Of a DNA stretch of 38,611 bases, positions 17,030-26,146 are shown piece by piece; within the stretch, counting starts at the first letter, position 1; each line of letters begins with the position of its first letter. The stretch lies in contig JAWXAY010000039.1 in the NCBI GenBank assembly GCA_034439715.1, forward strand, positions 1-38,611. Reading direction: 5' to 3'. The position numbers and the translations under genes were made by a program. The notes below the pieces were generated by a model. That model was given only the letters and a program-made list of their open reading frames with translations, was not told where the DNA came from and made no database searches. Source of the stretch: Pseudomonadota bacterium (GTDB taxonomy: Bacteria > Bdellovibrionota > Bdellovibrionia > Bdellovibrionales > SG-bin7).

Positions 17030-18282
17030 CCGTGCACCTTGTTGGCGCTCTCAAGCTCGGTTTCTTCTTTAGCCATCACCTGGCTTAAAAATTCACAAGT
17101 TTTACCACTAGCCTTTTCGTTGGCCAAAAAATACTGCTGAAAAAATCGATTGAGAGACATAGCTTTATCAGATTTTTCTTCATTATTTAGAGCTGTTGAA
17201 AAATTCTTGACAGATTTTATAATTTTCTCTGCGAGAAGTTTTCTATGCTCAGCGCCCACTTTTTTAAAATCAGATTCTACCAATTTAACAAAAAACTGAG
17301 CAATTGAAGAGCCCCAGGTATAGGCCTTTCTACGCATATTTTTGATGGTGAGGCGTTTATTACAATTTTCCTCGAGGCGAGTGCGATATTCGTCTCGAAT
17401 ATATTTAACTGTGGGAAGGCGAGCTATTGGGCGGTCCAATTTACGATGGCTTTGTCCCGAAATGGAATAAGACATGAAGGCCGGATCACCGGTATATATC
17501 CAGGCCCATAAATCAGCCAGGCCCTCATTGAGCCCACTAAAAATTAATTGGTTCAATTCTTTATTTGTGAGGTCTTTTGGATTTTCATTAGGGCATTTAA
17601 TATCGCGATCCTCGGCTCGATCTGGCTTAGGGATGATCCCATCTAACCTGTGAAATTCAGCGTCAGCCTCAGTCCACTCATTTTGCTCTTTTAAGAAATC
17701 CTTTAATATAATATTATGAAAAATAGCATGAAAATATTCATGTGCCAGAATTCCCGCATTCATTGAAATGGGTAAGCCGCTCTCCTCATAAGGAAGAATA
17801 ACAATTGTATCAAGCGGGCCAATGTAAATAGCGTTATTAGTTTTAGGCAAATCCAATAAATTAGATCTTAATCCCACCGCTATTTTACGGGGTAGTGGTA
17901 TTAGTGAGGAAAGTTCTAACTGATCCATAAATTGATTGAGCCGTTCAATGTGGGCGTAAACAGTTATTAGGTTGAGAGTTTTAAAATCTTTAGCGACAAA
18001 AACACCCTTTTCGTTTGTGAAAAAATCGCCCTGTACAGCTGCACCCGAAAGCGTATTTCGAACTAAGCTGGGGTTGTCCATAAATTCGGCGGCGGCGCCT
18101 TCAAACTTATTGATGTTGGTGATCGTCGGCAGTTCCACGGTTTGCAGCGAGTACTTGTTTTCTGCCGTCGGCCAAGGAATTAGCACACGGGTGGGTGAGC
18201 CAGTTTTTTTTGGGGCACAGGCTATAAATAATCCGGTCAAAATCACAACAAAGGGCAATCCCAAACGCATTATTCGTTGCAT
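17020..18282 (-). CDS. Lipoprotein, gluzincin-type zinc metallopeptidase
   Basis: Lipobox FIA-C; NNAIY, AHEYFH and NEGLAD as in thermolysin-like (M4/M36) peptidases. Start likely ATG 18282 or 18270 (ORF track 18315). Confidence 0.8.
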   Translation of the reverse strand: MQRIMRLGLPFVVILTGLFIACAPKKTGSPTRVLIPWPTAENKYSLQTVELPTITNINKFEGAAAEFMDNPSLVRNTLSGAAVQGDFFTNEKGVFVAKDFKTLNLITVYAHIERLNQFMDQLELSSLIPLPRKIAVGLRSNLLDLPKTNNAIYIGPLDTIVILPYEESGLPISMNAGILAHEYFHAIFHNIILKDFLKEQNEWTEADAEFHRLDGIIPKPDRAEDRDIKCPNENPKDLTNKELNQLIFSGLNEGLADLWAWIYTGDPAFMSYSISGQSHRKLDRPIARLPTVKYIRDEYRTRLEENCNKRLTIKNMRRKAYTWGSSIAQFFVKLVESDFKKVGAEHRKLLAEKIIKSVKNFSTALNNEEKSDKAMSLNRFFQQYFLANEKASGKTCEFLSQVMAKEETELESANKVHGCP

Positions 18283-18395
18283 ACTTTTAGCCCTTCTTAT
18301 ATCTATTGAAGACAAGTGATTTAGACGCGAGGCATTAAACTAGCTAACTAGAGACAAAAATTCAAGTTTAAAAATAAATAGAGAAAAGTTTGCGT

Positions 18396-20651
18396 ATGAG
18401 TTTTGAACTAATTACACAAAATCTGAATCCGCCGCAAAAAGAGGGTGTCGAAAGTATCCTTGGGCCTCTTTTGGTTTTGGCGGGTGCAGGTTCTGGCAAG
18501 ACCCGTGTATTGACCCATCGAATTGCCAATATAATTGCCCACGGCGAAGCAGCACCTCACGAGATTCTAGCGGTGACCTTTACTAATAAAGCCGCGCGTG
18601 AAATGCATGAGCGAACTGTGAAGCTCCTGCAAGAAATTGGTATACCGGTAGCTACTCCCATGTGGATTAGTACATTTCATTCTACCTGTGTAAGAATCTT
18701 AAGATTGCACCTCACTGTTCTGGGCTACAACCCTAGCTGGGTTATTTATGACGATAATGATCAAGAGAAGATGTTAAAAAAAGTTATTTCCGACCTAGGA
18801 ATAAACGAAAAAGTCTATCCACCCGCTGGAGCCAAAGAAAGAATTAATAAAGCGAAATCCATGGGGCTTGGCGTGCAAGAGGTTGGGTCGTTTCCGACCT
18901 TTATTATGGACGATAAGACGCTGCAGATTTACGAACGATATGAAAACGAAATGTTTAAGGCCAATGCGCTAGATTTTTCGGACCTTCTTTTAAAGACACA
19001 CGATATTTTTAAAAAATTTCCTGAAATCCTTGAGCGCTATCATCGTCAGTTCAAGTTTATTTTAGTCGATGAGTACCAAGACACGAATCCTATTCAATAT
19101 AAGTTAATTCATCAATTGGGTCATTTACACCAAAATGTTTGCGCTGTAGGAGACGAGGACCAGTCTATCTATAGTTGGCGCGGAGCGGACATCGGAAACA
19201 TTTTTAGTTTTGAAAAGGATTTTGCTAACTGTAAAGTAATTAAACTTGAACAAAACTATCGCTCGACACAAACAATCGTGCAGGCGGCGTCACAATTAAT
19301 TTCTAGAAATTCTTTGAGAAAAGATAAAACTCTTTTTTCTGAAAATGAAGTTGGAGAAAAAATAAATCTCAATGAGACTAATTCTGAATATGAAGAGGCG
19401 CAAAATATTGTCAGAGAAGTTCGCGAGCTTTGTGATTATCATAAAACCAAGCCGCGTGATATCGCGATTTTTTATCGCACTAATGCTCAGTCTAGGGTGA
19501 TCGAGGAGCAGCTGCGCGCCAACTCCGTACCCTATAAGCTTATTGGTGGCGTTAAGTTTTATGAGCGTCGAGAAATCAAAGACGTTTTGTGTTACCTGCG
19601 ATTTTTGCTAAATCCCCAAGACACGATTAGTTTCAAAAGAATATTAAATGTACCAAAACGAGGACTTGGTAAAACCACGTTAGATAAAATAGAAGAGTTG
19701 GGGGCTCATCGTGCGGCCCAAAACTGGCTAGAAGTTATTGCAGGTGCCATCAGCCAAAAACTTTTTAACGTAGGCACGATAAAAAAACTCGGCGAATTTG
19801 TAGAGCTTATCAGGACCATGCAAGTGCTGGCCGAACAATTGATGCCTTCGGATTTATTCCAAGATCTCCTCCACAAATCGGGATATTTAAAAGAGCTTAA
19901 AGGCGAAGACACTTTGGAGTCTGGCTTCAGAGTAGAAAACTTGGGTGAATTTCAGAATGCGATTGTCGAATACGAGGAAGAACGCGGAGATGAGGCGAGT
20001 CTCAAAGATTTTCTAGAGGAAATGGCGCTTTTGACCGATCTCGATAAGGCGAGTGAGACTGAAGACTACGTGACGCTCATGACTCTTCACATTTCTAAGG
20101 GCCTGGAATTTCCAGTGGTATTTATGACGGGGATGGAGGACGGTTTGTTCCCCAGTATTCGCGGCGACAGTGGTTTTTCTGATAATCTAGAAGAAGAACG
20201 GCGACTCGCTTATGTCGGCATGACCCGAGCTCGAAAACGTTTATATCTTTCGTTTGCCCGTCACCGGCGTATGTGGGGGCAAGAAAAAGTAAATCAACCT
20301 AGCCGCTTTTTAAGTGAAATTCCTGCTACGTTTTTTAGTGAGCCTCCCGCATTTTTGAATCGGCAAAGTTTGCGCGTCGTCGAGCCAGCAAGAACCTTTA
20401 AGCCGGCCTACAGAAAAAAGGCGGACTTCTCAGAAACCGTGCAATCAATGCCCACCTACGATGAGTATTCGTCTGATGACTCGTCGAAATCTACTTACCG
20501 TAAAGGCATGAAAGTAAAACACCCCACTTATGGTGTAGGGGCCGTAGTACTCATTGAGGGTCAGGGCGAGGATGAAAAACTGAGCGTGTTGTTTTCTAAC
20601 CACAGTATCAAAAAATTTGTCACTAAATTCGCCCGCCTAGAAAAGGTATAA
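18396..20651 (+). CDS. pcrA: ATP-dependent DNA helicase UvrD/PcrA
   Basis: AGAGSGKT, TFTNKAA, DEYQDTN, GDEDQSIY, NYRS, HISKGLEF, EERRLAYVGMTRA; C-terminal Tudor-like VKHPTYGVG. ATG at 18396. Confidence 0.95.
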   Translation: MSFELITQNLNPPQKEGVESILGPLLVLAGAGSGKTRVLTHRIANIIAHGEAAPHEILAVTFTNKAAREMHERTVKLLQEIGIPVATPMWISTFHSTCVRILRLHLTVLGYNPSWVIYDDNDQEKMLKKVISDLGINEKVYPPAGAKERINKAKSMGLGVQEVGSFPTFIMDDKTLQIYERYENEMFKANALDFSDLLLKTHDIFKKFPEILERYHRQFKFILVDEYQDTNPIQYKLIHQLGHLHQNVCAVGDEDQSIYSWRGADIGNIFSFEKDFANCKVIKLEQNYRSTQTIVQAASQLISRNSLRKDKTLFSENEVGEKINLNETNSEYEEAQNIVREVRELCDYHKTKPRDIAIFYRTNAQSRVIEEQLRANSVPYKLIGGVKFYERREIKDVLCYLRFLLNPQDTISFKRILNVPKRGLGKTTLDKIEELGAHRAAQNWLEVIAGAISQKLFNVGTIKKLGEFVELIRTMQVLAEQLMPSDLFQDLLHKSGYLKELKGEDTLESGFRVENLGEFQNAIVEYEEERGDEASLKDFLEEMALLTDLDKASETEDYVTLMTLHISKGLEFPVVFMTGMEDGLFPSIRGDSGFSDNLEEERRLAYVGMTRARKRLYLSFARHRRMWGQEKVNQPSRFLSEIPATFFSEPPAFLNRQSLRVVEPARTFKPAYRKKADFSETVQSMPTYDEYSSDDSSKSTYRKGMKVKHPTYGVGAVVLIEGQGEDEKLSVLFSNHSIKKFVTKFARLEKV

Positions 20652-20718
20652 AAAAACTATACAAGAGCTGTTTTTTATTAGTACCGTTATAGGTGTGATT
20701 AACAACAAGGAGTTAGGC

Positions 20719-21285
20719 ATGAAACATTTAAATAGGATTTTAGTTTTTATTTCTTTTTTGATAATGGGACTGAGTTCCGCTCAGGCACAGTTTATGTTAA
20801 AAGGTGTCGTGTCGTTAGATAATACAACGGCCAAGTCAACGATCCCGTCAGCTACAGACGCCAAAGAAAATATTACTTTTACATCTTTGGGCGCTGGTTA
20901 TGTTTTAGGAAATGGTCTGTATCTGGGCGGTATCTATGAAACTAAAACCGATAAAACTGTAGTGGTAGGCACAGGGACATTTGAAGATAATTATAATCAA
21001 ATGGGCGCCGCTATCGGTTATGTTGTGGGCAATTGGCAATTTATATTTAATTATTTTGTAAATGCATCTAACGAAGATGTCTCGAACAACGAATTCACTG
21101 GTACTGGCATGGGTGTAGATTTAGGTTACGGATTTGATGTGGGTAATGGCGTTAAGCTTGGTGTTCAACTTGGTTATCGATCTTTTACTTACGACAAATA
21201 TAAAGTTGTAGGAGCACCGGAAGTAGCCACAGATTATAAAGTTACCGAACTAGCACCAGCGATTTTAATTAGCTGGAAAATGTAA
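20719..21285 (+). CDS. Outer membrane beta-barrel protein (8-stranded type)
   Basis: ATG 20719 after AAGGAG; signal peptide ending AQA; LGAGYV, LYLGGIY, GVDLGYGF, LGYRSFTY strands. Confidence 0.8.
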   Translation: MKHLNRILVFISFLIMGLSSAQAQFMLKGVVSLDNTTAKSTIPSATDAKENITFTSLGAGYVLGNGLYLGGIYETKTDKTVVVGTGTFEDNYNQMGAAIGYVVGNWQFIFNYFVNASNEDVSNNEFTGTGMGVDLGYGFDVGNGVKLGVQLGYRSFTYDKYKVVGAPEVATDYKVTELAPAILISWKM

Positions 21286-21304
21286 TCTCAGAAAATATTT
21301 TTAG

Positions 21305-21338
21305 AGTCCCTGTGGTCAAGCTATAGGGACTTCTTTTT
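21305..21338 (+). terminator. Intrinsic terminator of the OMP gene, overlapping the kamA stop codon
   Basis: AGTCCCTGTGGT-caa-GCTATAGGGACT (G-U pairs on the + strand), then TCTTTTT. Confidence 0.65.
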
Positions 21339-22502
21339 AATCAATTCAAACTCTTCGGCATAATCCGCAATATCGTCTGGTAGCGCATGTAGCGTGGGAC
21401 ATGGGTTTACGTACTCACCTGAGATGCCGTCAAAACCACAGTAAGTTCGTTTGTTACCAAAATGGGAGGTTTCGAATTCAGGAACAAGCGCTACCTTGCC
21501 GCCGCCACCCGGAATGTCGAGCGATAGGTTGGGCATAGCAAGACCTGAAAGTCTGCCCCAAAGTTCACGCTGGATCGCTAATGATTCCTCTACTGAGGTT
21601 CTTAAATGATCGCTCCCCATAGAGGGATCACACTGAAACATGTAATAGGGTTTAACGCGTAAATAAAGTAAGCGACGAGACAGCGCCTGCATAATCGCGG
21701 GGTGATTATTGACGCCATTAAGTAAAACAGATTGATTAAATACAGGTATTCCGTGATCAACGAGTAGACCTAGCGCTGCTCCAGCCTCAGCAGTTAACTC
21801 TTTTGGATGATTAAAGTGAGTCATAAAAAATACAGGCGCGTATTCGCGCAATCCCAGCGCGAGTTCACGCGTGATGCGCATGGGACAAACGACCGGCATA
21901 CGACTGCCAATGCGAATAATCTCCACGTGTTCTATGGCACGTAGATCTTTTAAGGTTTTTAATAGCAGCTGATCTGAGATTGTCAGAGGGTCGCCACCCG
22001 AGAGAATAACCTCTCTGATTTGTGGTTTACTCTTGATATAACTGAGAGCCGCCTCGTACTCATTAGATTTAATAAATGATTGTTCTTGTCCCGTAAAATA
22101 TTTGCGAGTGCAAAAACGACAATACACACTGCACATATCTGTAATCAAAAATAGCGCGCGATCTGGATAGCGGTGTACGATCCGAGAGACAGGATTATTC
22201 TTAGTTTCAGCGAGGGGGTCGGGCATCTCTTGCGTAAAGGCTTGATACTCCATTTGGCTGGGCAAAAGAATTTTTCGGATCGCGGGAGTGGTCGCCAATT
22301 GCATATAATAGGGAGTTACACGGACCTGAAAGGGTGATTTTTTATCAAAAAACCGTCGTTCATCCTCAGTTAGTGTGAGGCATTTTTCGAAATCCTGCAG
22401 AGTTGAAAGCGAATTTTTAAGTTGCCAAGTCCAATTGGTCCAATCTGATGAATCAATCTTGGGATCTGTATTCGAATTAAAAGTAAGTCGCATGGCAAAC
22501 AC
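21321..22502 (-). CDS. kamA: KamA-family radical SAM protein (lysine 2,3-aminomutase-like)
   Basis: DPLAE, HRYPDR, CSVYCRFCTR, SGGDPL, HFNHP, NQSVLL, PGGGGK (PLP Lys). Confidence 0.88.
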   Translation of the reverse strand: MFAMRLTFNSNTDPKIDSSDWTNWTWQLKNSLSTLQDFEKCLTLTEDERRFFDKKSPFQVRVTPYYMQLATTPAIRKILLPSQMEYQAFTQEMPDPLAETKNNPVSRIVHRYPDRALFLITDMCSVYCRFCTRKYFTGQEQSFIKSNEYEAALSYIKSKPQIREVILSGGDPLTISDQLLLKTLKDLRAIEHVEIIRIGSRMPVVCPMRITRELALGLREYAPVFFMTHFNHPKELTAEAGAALGLLVDHGIPVFNQSVLLNGVNNHPAIMQALSRRLLYLRVKPYYMFQCDPSMGSDHLRTSVEESLAIQRELWGRLSGLAMPNLSLDIPGGGGKVALVPEFETSHFGNKRTYCGFDGISGEYVNPCPTLHALPDDIADYAEEFELIKKKSL

Positions 22503-22631
22503 CTACCTAAAGTGCCCTAATACGTCAATTTTGATGGGTATGTGATGTAAATTATTTGATCTTCGGTAAACACCTAGTTTTGTAGCGCTATTGTCCCTGT
22601 AGCTGGGACGAGGTCTCAGGATCCTAACACT

Positions 22632-22717
22632 TGTCTAAAAATTAGACATACCATGTGGGCTAAAAAAATAAGTAATATCAATATGTTATGGTTTTGGCCC
22701 TTGGAACGGAAAGTGGA
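22632..22717 (+). promoter_or_regulatory. sigma54-type regulatory region: palindrome, IHF site, degenerate -24/-12
   Basis: TGTCTAA-aaa-TTAGACA (22632-22648); TATCAATATGTTA matches WATCAANNNNTTR (22676-22688); TGGAACGGAAAGTGGA (22702-22717, -12 GC replaced by GG). Confidence 0.5.
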
Positions 22718-22764
22718 TTAACAAGGTGTGTGTGTAATAGTTTTTTATTTTAGGAGATCATATT

Positions 22765-24684
22765 ATGAGAACTTTTAACCAAGCATCAATAAATAGGCCG
22801 CTAGTAATAGCACTATTTGTGGTCCTCGCGGTCAATACCTCTATTAATAGATATGTAGTTACTGGCACTACGAGCTTATCTGGCTTATCTGCAGAAAAGA
22901 TTCGTGAGTCCGAAGGCACAATCTACGCCGATGTTGAAGTAGACGGAGTTAAAAAGAAAATCAAAATGCGGATAATTCGTGTAGTAAATCAGGACGACAC
23001 GGGACAGGCTTTGGTGCGTTATCGTATCAAGCCGGTGGCAAAAGATTTGGCTGCGGCCTACGGATTGTCGGATGATGTTTACACTTCTTCTGAAGAAAAA
23101 AAACGACTTGAAAACTGTAATGACTGTTACTTTGATTCTGGGTTCGAAACAAGTGCCGCATATGTAGCAACAAAAGACATTAGGGCAGTGGATACTTGGT
23201 TAAAGGCTGCTTTAGAAATGGCGGTAGGAAAAACAGGCGAGACAAAGCACTTAGACGACTATGTTGCAGAGGTTAAATCTCGAGGCAAGTCCAAAGATTC
23301 GAAAGGTAAAAATGCTGACGATTCTCAAATTGATAAAGAAAAATCAGCGGCGCAAAAAAAGTTAAATGAGCGAATTTATAATTGTGAAATTGCAGAAGAC
23401 TCTAAAGTCGACGACAGCAAGGAGAAGTACGAAAAGCTTTCTGCCGAAGAAAAAATTTCTTGCTACAGCAAAAGAATAGATGACCTCGCCTCAAAACATG
23501 GCGAAAAAGATGCCAACGGTAAAAAAATTACCGATGGGTCAGTTAGCAAATTCTATAAAAAATTAGAAGGCCACTTATCAAAATGTTTGTCTGATAAAGA
23601 AAAACGAGAAGACAGTGGTTGCTTAGAAGTCGCTGAAGACCTTAAAGATAAATTAATCGACCACGAATCAAGTGGCGTTCACAGAATGGGTCATCAAGTT
23701 GAAGGCTTAATGGCTCGAGGTCAGGTAAAAATTGAGGGTGCAGAAATATTATCACAACTGTCAGTATTAAATAGTTCTTTAAGAAGTGCCGAGGCAGTTG
23801 CTCAGAGGACAGGAAATTTTGGACAGGTTACAAGCCTACAAACGCGATTACAACAGTTGCATCAGTACCATTTGCAAAGGCAACTCCCGGTACCTGGCAA
23901 CGCCGCATTTTATTTGAACCAAATTGAGCTTGATCCCGAAATTGGTCTGGGTGGTATGAACTCGATGAATGAGACTCAAATGTTAAATTCACGTATCGAA
24001 GAACAATTTATGGCGGCGGCAAATCCTCGTCACCAACAAAGTCGTTACGGCCCCAATGGCCCTTATGGCAACAACCGAATGGGTATGATGAACGGCATGA
24101 TGAACCCTGGTATGCCACGTCCTGGTATGATGGGTCCCGGTATGATGGGTCGCCCCCCCATGATGGGAATGAATGGTGGATTTAACGGTGGAATGAACGG
24201 ACCGGGAATGATGGGTCCGGGAATGATGAATCGTCCCCCTATGATGGGCATGAATGGTGGTTTCAACGGTGGAATTAACGGTGGTTTCAATGGCGGATTT
24301 AACGGTGGCATGAGGCCAATGGGTCCAGGCGGGCCTTATCAAAATGGATATCAAGGTCAAGGATTTATGAACGGTGGAATGAACGGTGGAATGAACGGTG
24401 GAATGAACGGTGGAATGAACGGTGGAATGAACGGTGGAATGAACGGTGGAATGAACGGTGGCATTGGCCCCGGCGGTTACATGCGACCTTACTCACCCTA
24501 CAATCCTATTCCAGCAGCGCACTCAATGTTTATTGCTCCAGGTGGTGGACTGTTTGGTAACGGTGGCGGCGGGTTTGGCGGCGGCGGAGGCTTTGGTGGT
24601 GGTGGCGGATTTGGCGGAGGTTTTGGTGGCGGAGCCTACATAGGTGCCCACACAGGCGGCGGCGGATTCAGACCACTTTTTTAA
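22765..24684 (+). CDS. Exported/anchored hypothetical protein with Cys-paired charged domain and G/M/N/P/F low-complexity C-terminus
   Basis: AGGAG SD; N-terminal hydrophobic segment; six Cys; the last ~215 aa are GMMGP, MNGG, FNGG and GGGGF repeats. Confidence 0.88.
   Translation: MRTFNQASINRPLVIALFVVLAVNTSINRYVVTGTTSLSGLSAEKIRESEGTIYADVEVDGVKKKIKMRIIRVVNQDDTGQALVRYRIKPVAKDLAAAYGLSDDVYTSSEEKKRLENCNDCYFDSGFETSAAYVATKDIRAVDTWLKAALEMAVGKTGETKHLDDYVAEVKSRGKSKDSKGKNADDSQIDKEKSAAQKKLNERIYNCEIAEDSKVDDSKEKYEKLSAEEKISCYSKRIDDLASKHGEKDANGKKITDGSVSKFYKKLEGHLSKCLSDKEKREDSGCLEVAEDLKDKLIDHESSGVHRMGHQVEGLMARGQVKIEGAEILSQLSVLNSSLRSAEAVAQRTGNFGQVTSLQTRLQQLHQYHLQRQLPVPGNAAFYLNQIELDPEIGLGGMNSMNETQMLNSRIEEQFMAAANPRHQQSRYGPNGPYGNNRMGMMNGMMNPGMPRPGMMGPGMMGRPPMMGMNGGFNGGMNGPGMMGPGMMNRPPMMGMNGGFNGGINGGFNGGFNGGMRPMGPGGPYQNGYQGQGFMNGGMNGGMNGGMNGGMNGGMNGGMNGGMNGGIGPGGYMRPYSPYNPIPAAHSMFIAPGGGLFGNGGGGFGGGGGFGGGGGFGGGFGGGAYIGAHTGGGGFRPLF
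24121..24282 (+). repeat. Two diverged 81-bp (27-aa) tandem units
   Basis: PGMMGPGMM(G/N)RPPMMGMNGGFNGG(M/I)NG starting at 24121 and 24202; differences are mostly synonymous. Confidence 0.85.
24367..24462 (+). repeat. 12-bp tandem repeat ATGAACGGTGGA x8 (MNGG x8)
   Basis: Seven identical units plus an eighth ending GGC. Confidence 0.97.
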
Positions 24685-24688
24685 TTTA

Positions 24689-26146
24689 CTAAAAGCTAAT
24701 TGCAGCCTTTGTAGTTAGAGCAAAACTTATCTCGGTATCGAAATTGTTGGTGCCCCCAGCAAAGGCTTTACCGGGAAATAAAAATCCCATTCCATTGTAC
24801 CACGTGAGTCGATCATGTGGCTTGTAGTTAAGCCAAACATCAAACTCATAACCTAAATCAGTATCAGTGTCATTGCCGACCAGTGGTTCCGTGTTCAACT
24901 GTCCAAAGGCTACAAGAAATCCCAAATCTAAATTTGGTTTCCAGTGGTAAATGGCCTGTGGAGCTAAAATCAAAACGTTACTTAATGCCTCTTCGTCCGC
25001 AAAGGCAGAAGCTGATGTATCGCCTGCCACAGTAGGAACGCTAGCATTGCGCGCTAAATTTGTACGAAAAATATTTGCCTGTCCTAAGACTCTGTTGCCG
25101 AGTAACATTGCCACGTCATAGTTTTTATCAAAGATAAAACCTTCATATTTTCCATCAGTCGAAGGATCATCGCCACTGGCATAAACTGAGTGAAGTGACC
25201 AACCCCACTTAGAGCCTTTTGGTGTATAATCCAATTCTAAGGCAAGGCCCACTGAATTAATTGTTACTTCTTCGATTGTTGTCTGTACACCGGTTGATCC
25301 CGTATTAGTTGCCGCCTCAAAACCCACGCGCAGAGTTTCAAAGTTTCTTTCGTAAAAAAGATTTAATCGTTGCGAAGCCCAATCATCGGGTCGAGTGTTG
25401 ATAGCGCCACCATAAGCGTCGCCAGGAGCAGTCCCTTTAGGAGCATCGTTACTGGAGGGGGCCGCGACACGAGACTCGTAAAGAATTCCAAATTTAATAT
25501 TAGTCTCAGCATTATGGTAAGAGATATCTAACATATATTCATTAATATCGTCGGCGAGATTGTATTTACTTTCGGAAACTTTGGCAAAGATAGGCGTGAA
25601 GTTGAAGTTTCCTAAGCCCATGGTGAAGCTCAACATGTCTTTGGAGTCAAACCAGTGATCAAAAGCTCCTTGCCCCGCATTGTGAGAAATACCTAAACCA
25701 AACCCGAACATTTTGCGACCAGCGATAAATTGTCCGTACTCAGAGATAGCGCTTAAGTAAAGCTCCGTGGCGACAAAATCTTCGTCCTTCTGATTTTGTG
25801 TAAGTACGTTCGAATTAGAATCGTTAGTGGTTGGGGTTGGGCTGGCAGTCCCTAAACCAGGGCTCTGTCCAAAAGTTTGGCCCATTTGCGAATTGGGATA
25901 GTTAGCATTATTAAAAAGATCAAATCGGGAATAAATATTGAGTCCGTCGGCAGCGATTATTTTAGGCTTTAAATAAAGGTGATGAAGAATATATGAGGTG
26001 TCACGCCTAATTGAATCCAGCTCGGCATTTTGCATTTGAAAACCTTCGAGGCGATAATTGCCGGAAAAGTCGAGTACGAGGGCTTGGGATTTTAAACTAA
26101 GACCAAATAAAACTATAGTAAGCAAAAGTTTTTTTGTGTTTCTCAT
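24689..26146 (-). CDS. Large outer membrane beta-barrel/porin-like protein (alginate-export-like C-terminal half)
   Basis: Signal peptide ending SQA; YASGDD, FDKNYDVAMLL, DLGYEFD motifs; C-terminal AISF. ATGA overlap with groES. Confidence 0.8.
   Translation of the reverse strand: MRNTKKLLLTIVLFGLSLKSQALVLDFSGNYRLEGFQMQNAELDSIRRDTSYILHHLYLKPKIIAADGLNIYSRFDLFNNANYPNSQMGQTFGQSPGLGTASPTPTTNDSNSNVLTQNQKDEDFVATELYLSAISEYGQFIAGRKMFGFGLGISHNAGQGAFDHWFDSKDMLSFTMGLGNFNFTPIFAKVSESKYNLADDINEYMLDISYHNAETNIKFGILYESRVAAPSSNDAPKGTAPGDAYGGAINTRPDDWASQRLNLFYERNFETLRVGFEAATNTGSTGVQTTIEEVTINSVGLALELDYTPKGSKWGWSLHSVYASGDDPSTDGKYEGFIFDKNYDVAMLLGNRVLGQANIFRTNLARNASVPTVAGDTSASAFADEEALSNVLILAPQAIYHWKPNLDLGFLVAFGQLNTEPLVGNDTDTDLGYEFDVWLNYKPHDRLTWYNGMGFLFPGKAFAGGTNNFDTEISFALTTKAAISF

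Noticed and set aside
24367..24462. Direct repeats as a CRISPR array
   Set aside because: The 12-bp units have no spacers, are in frame within a CDS, and no cas genes are present.
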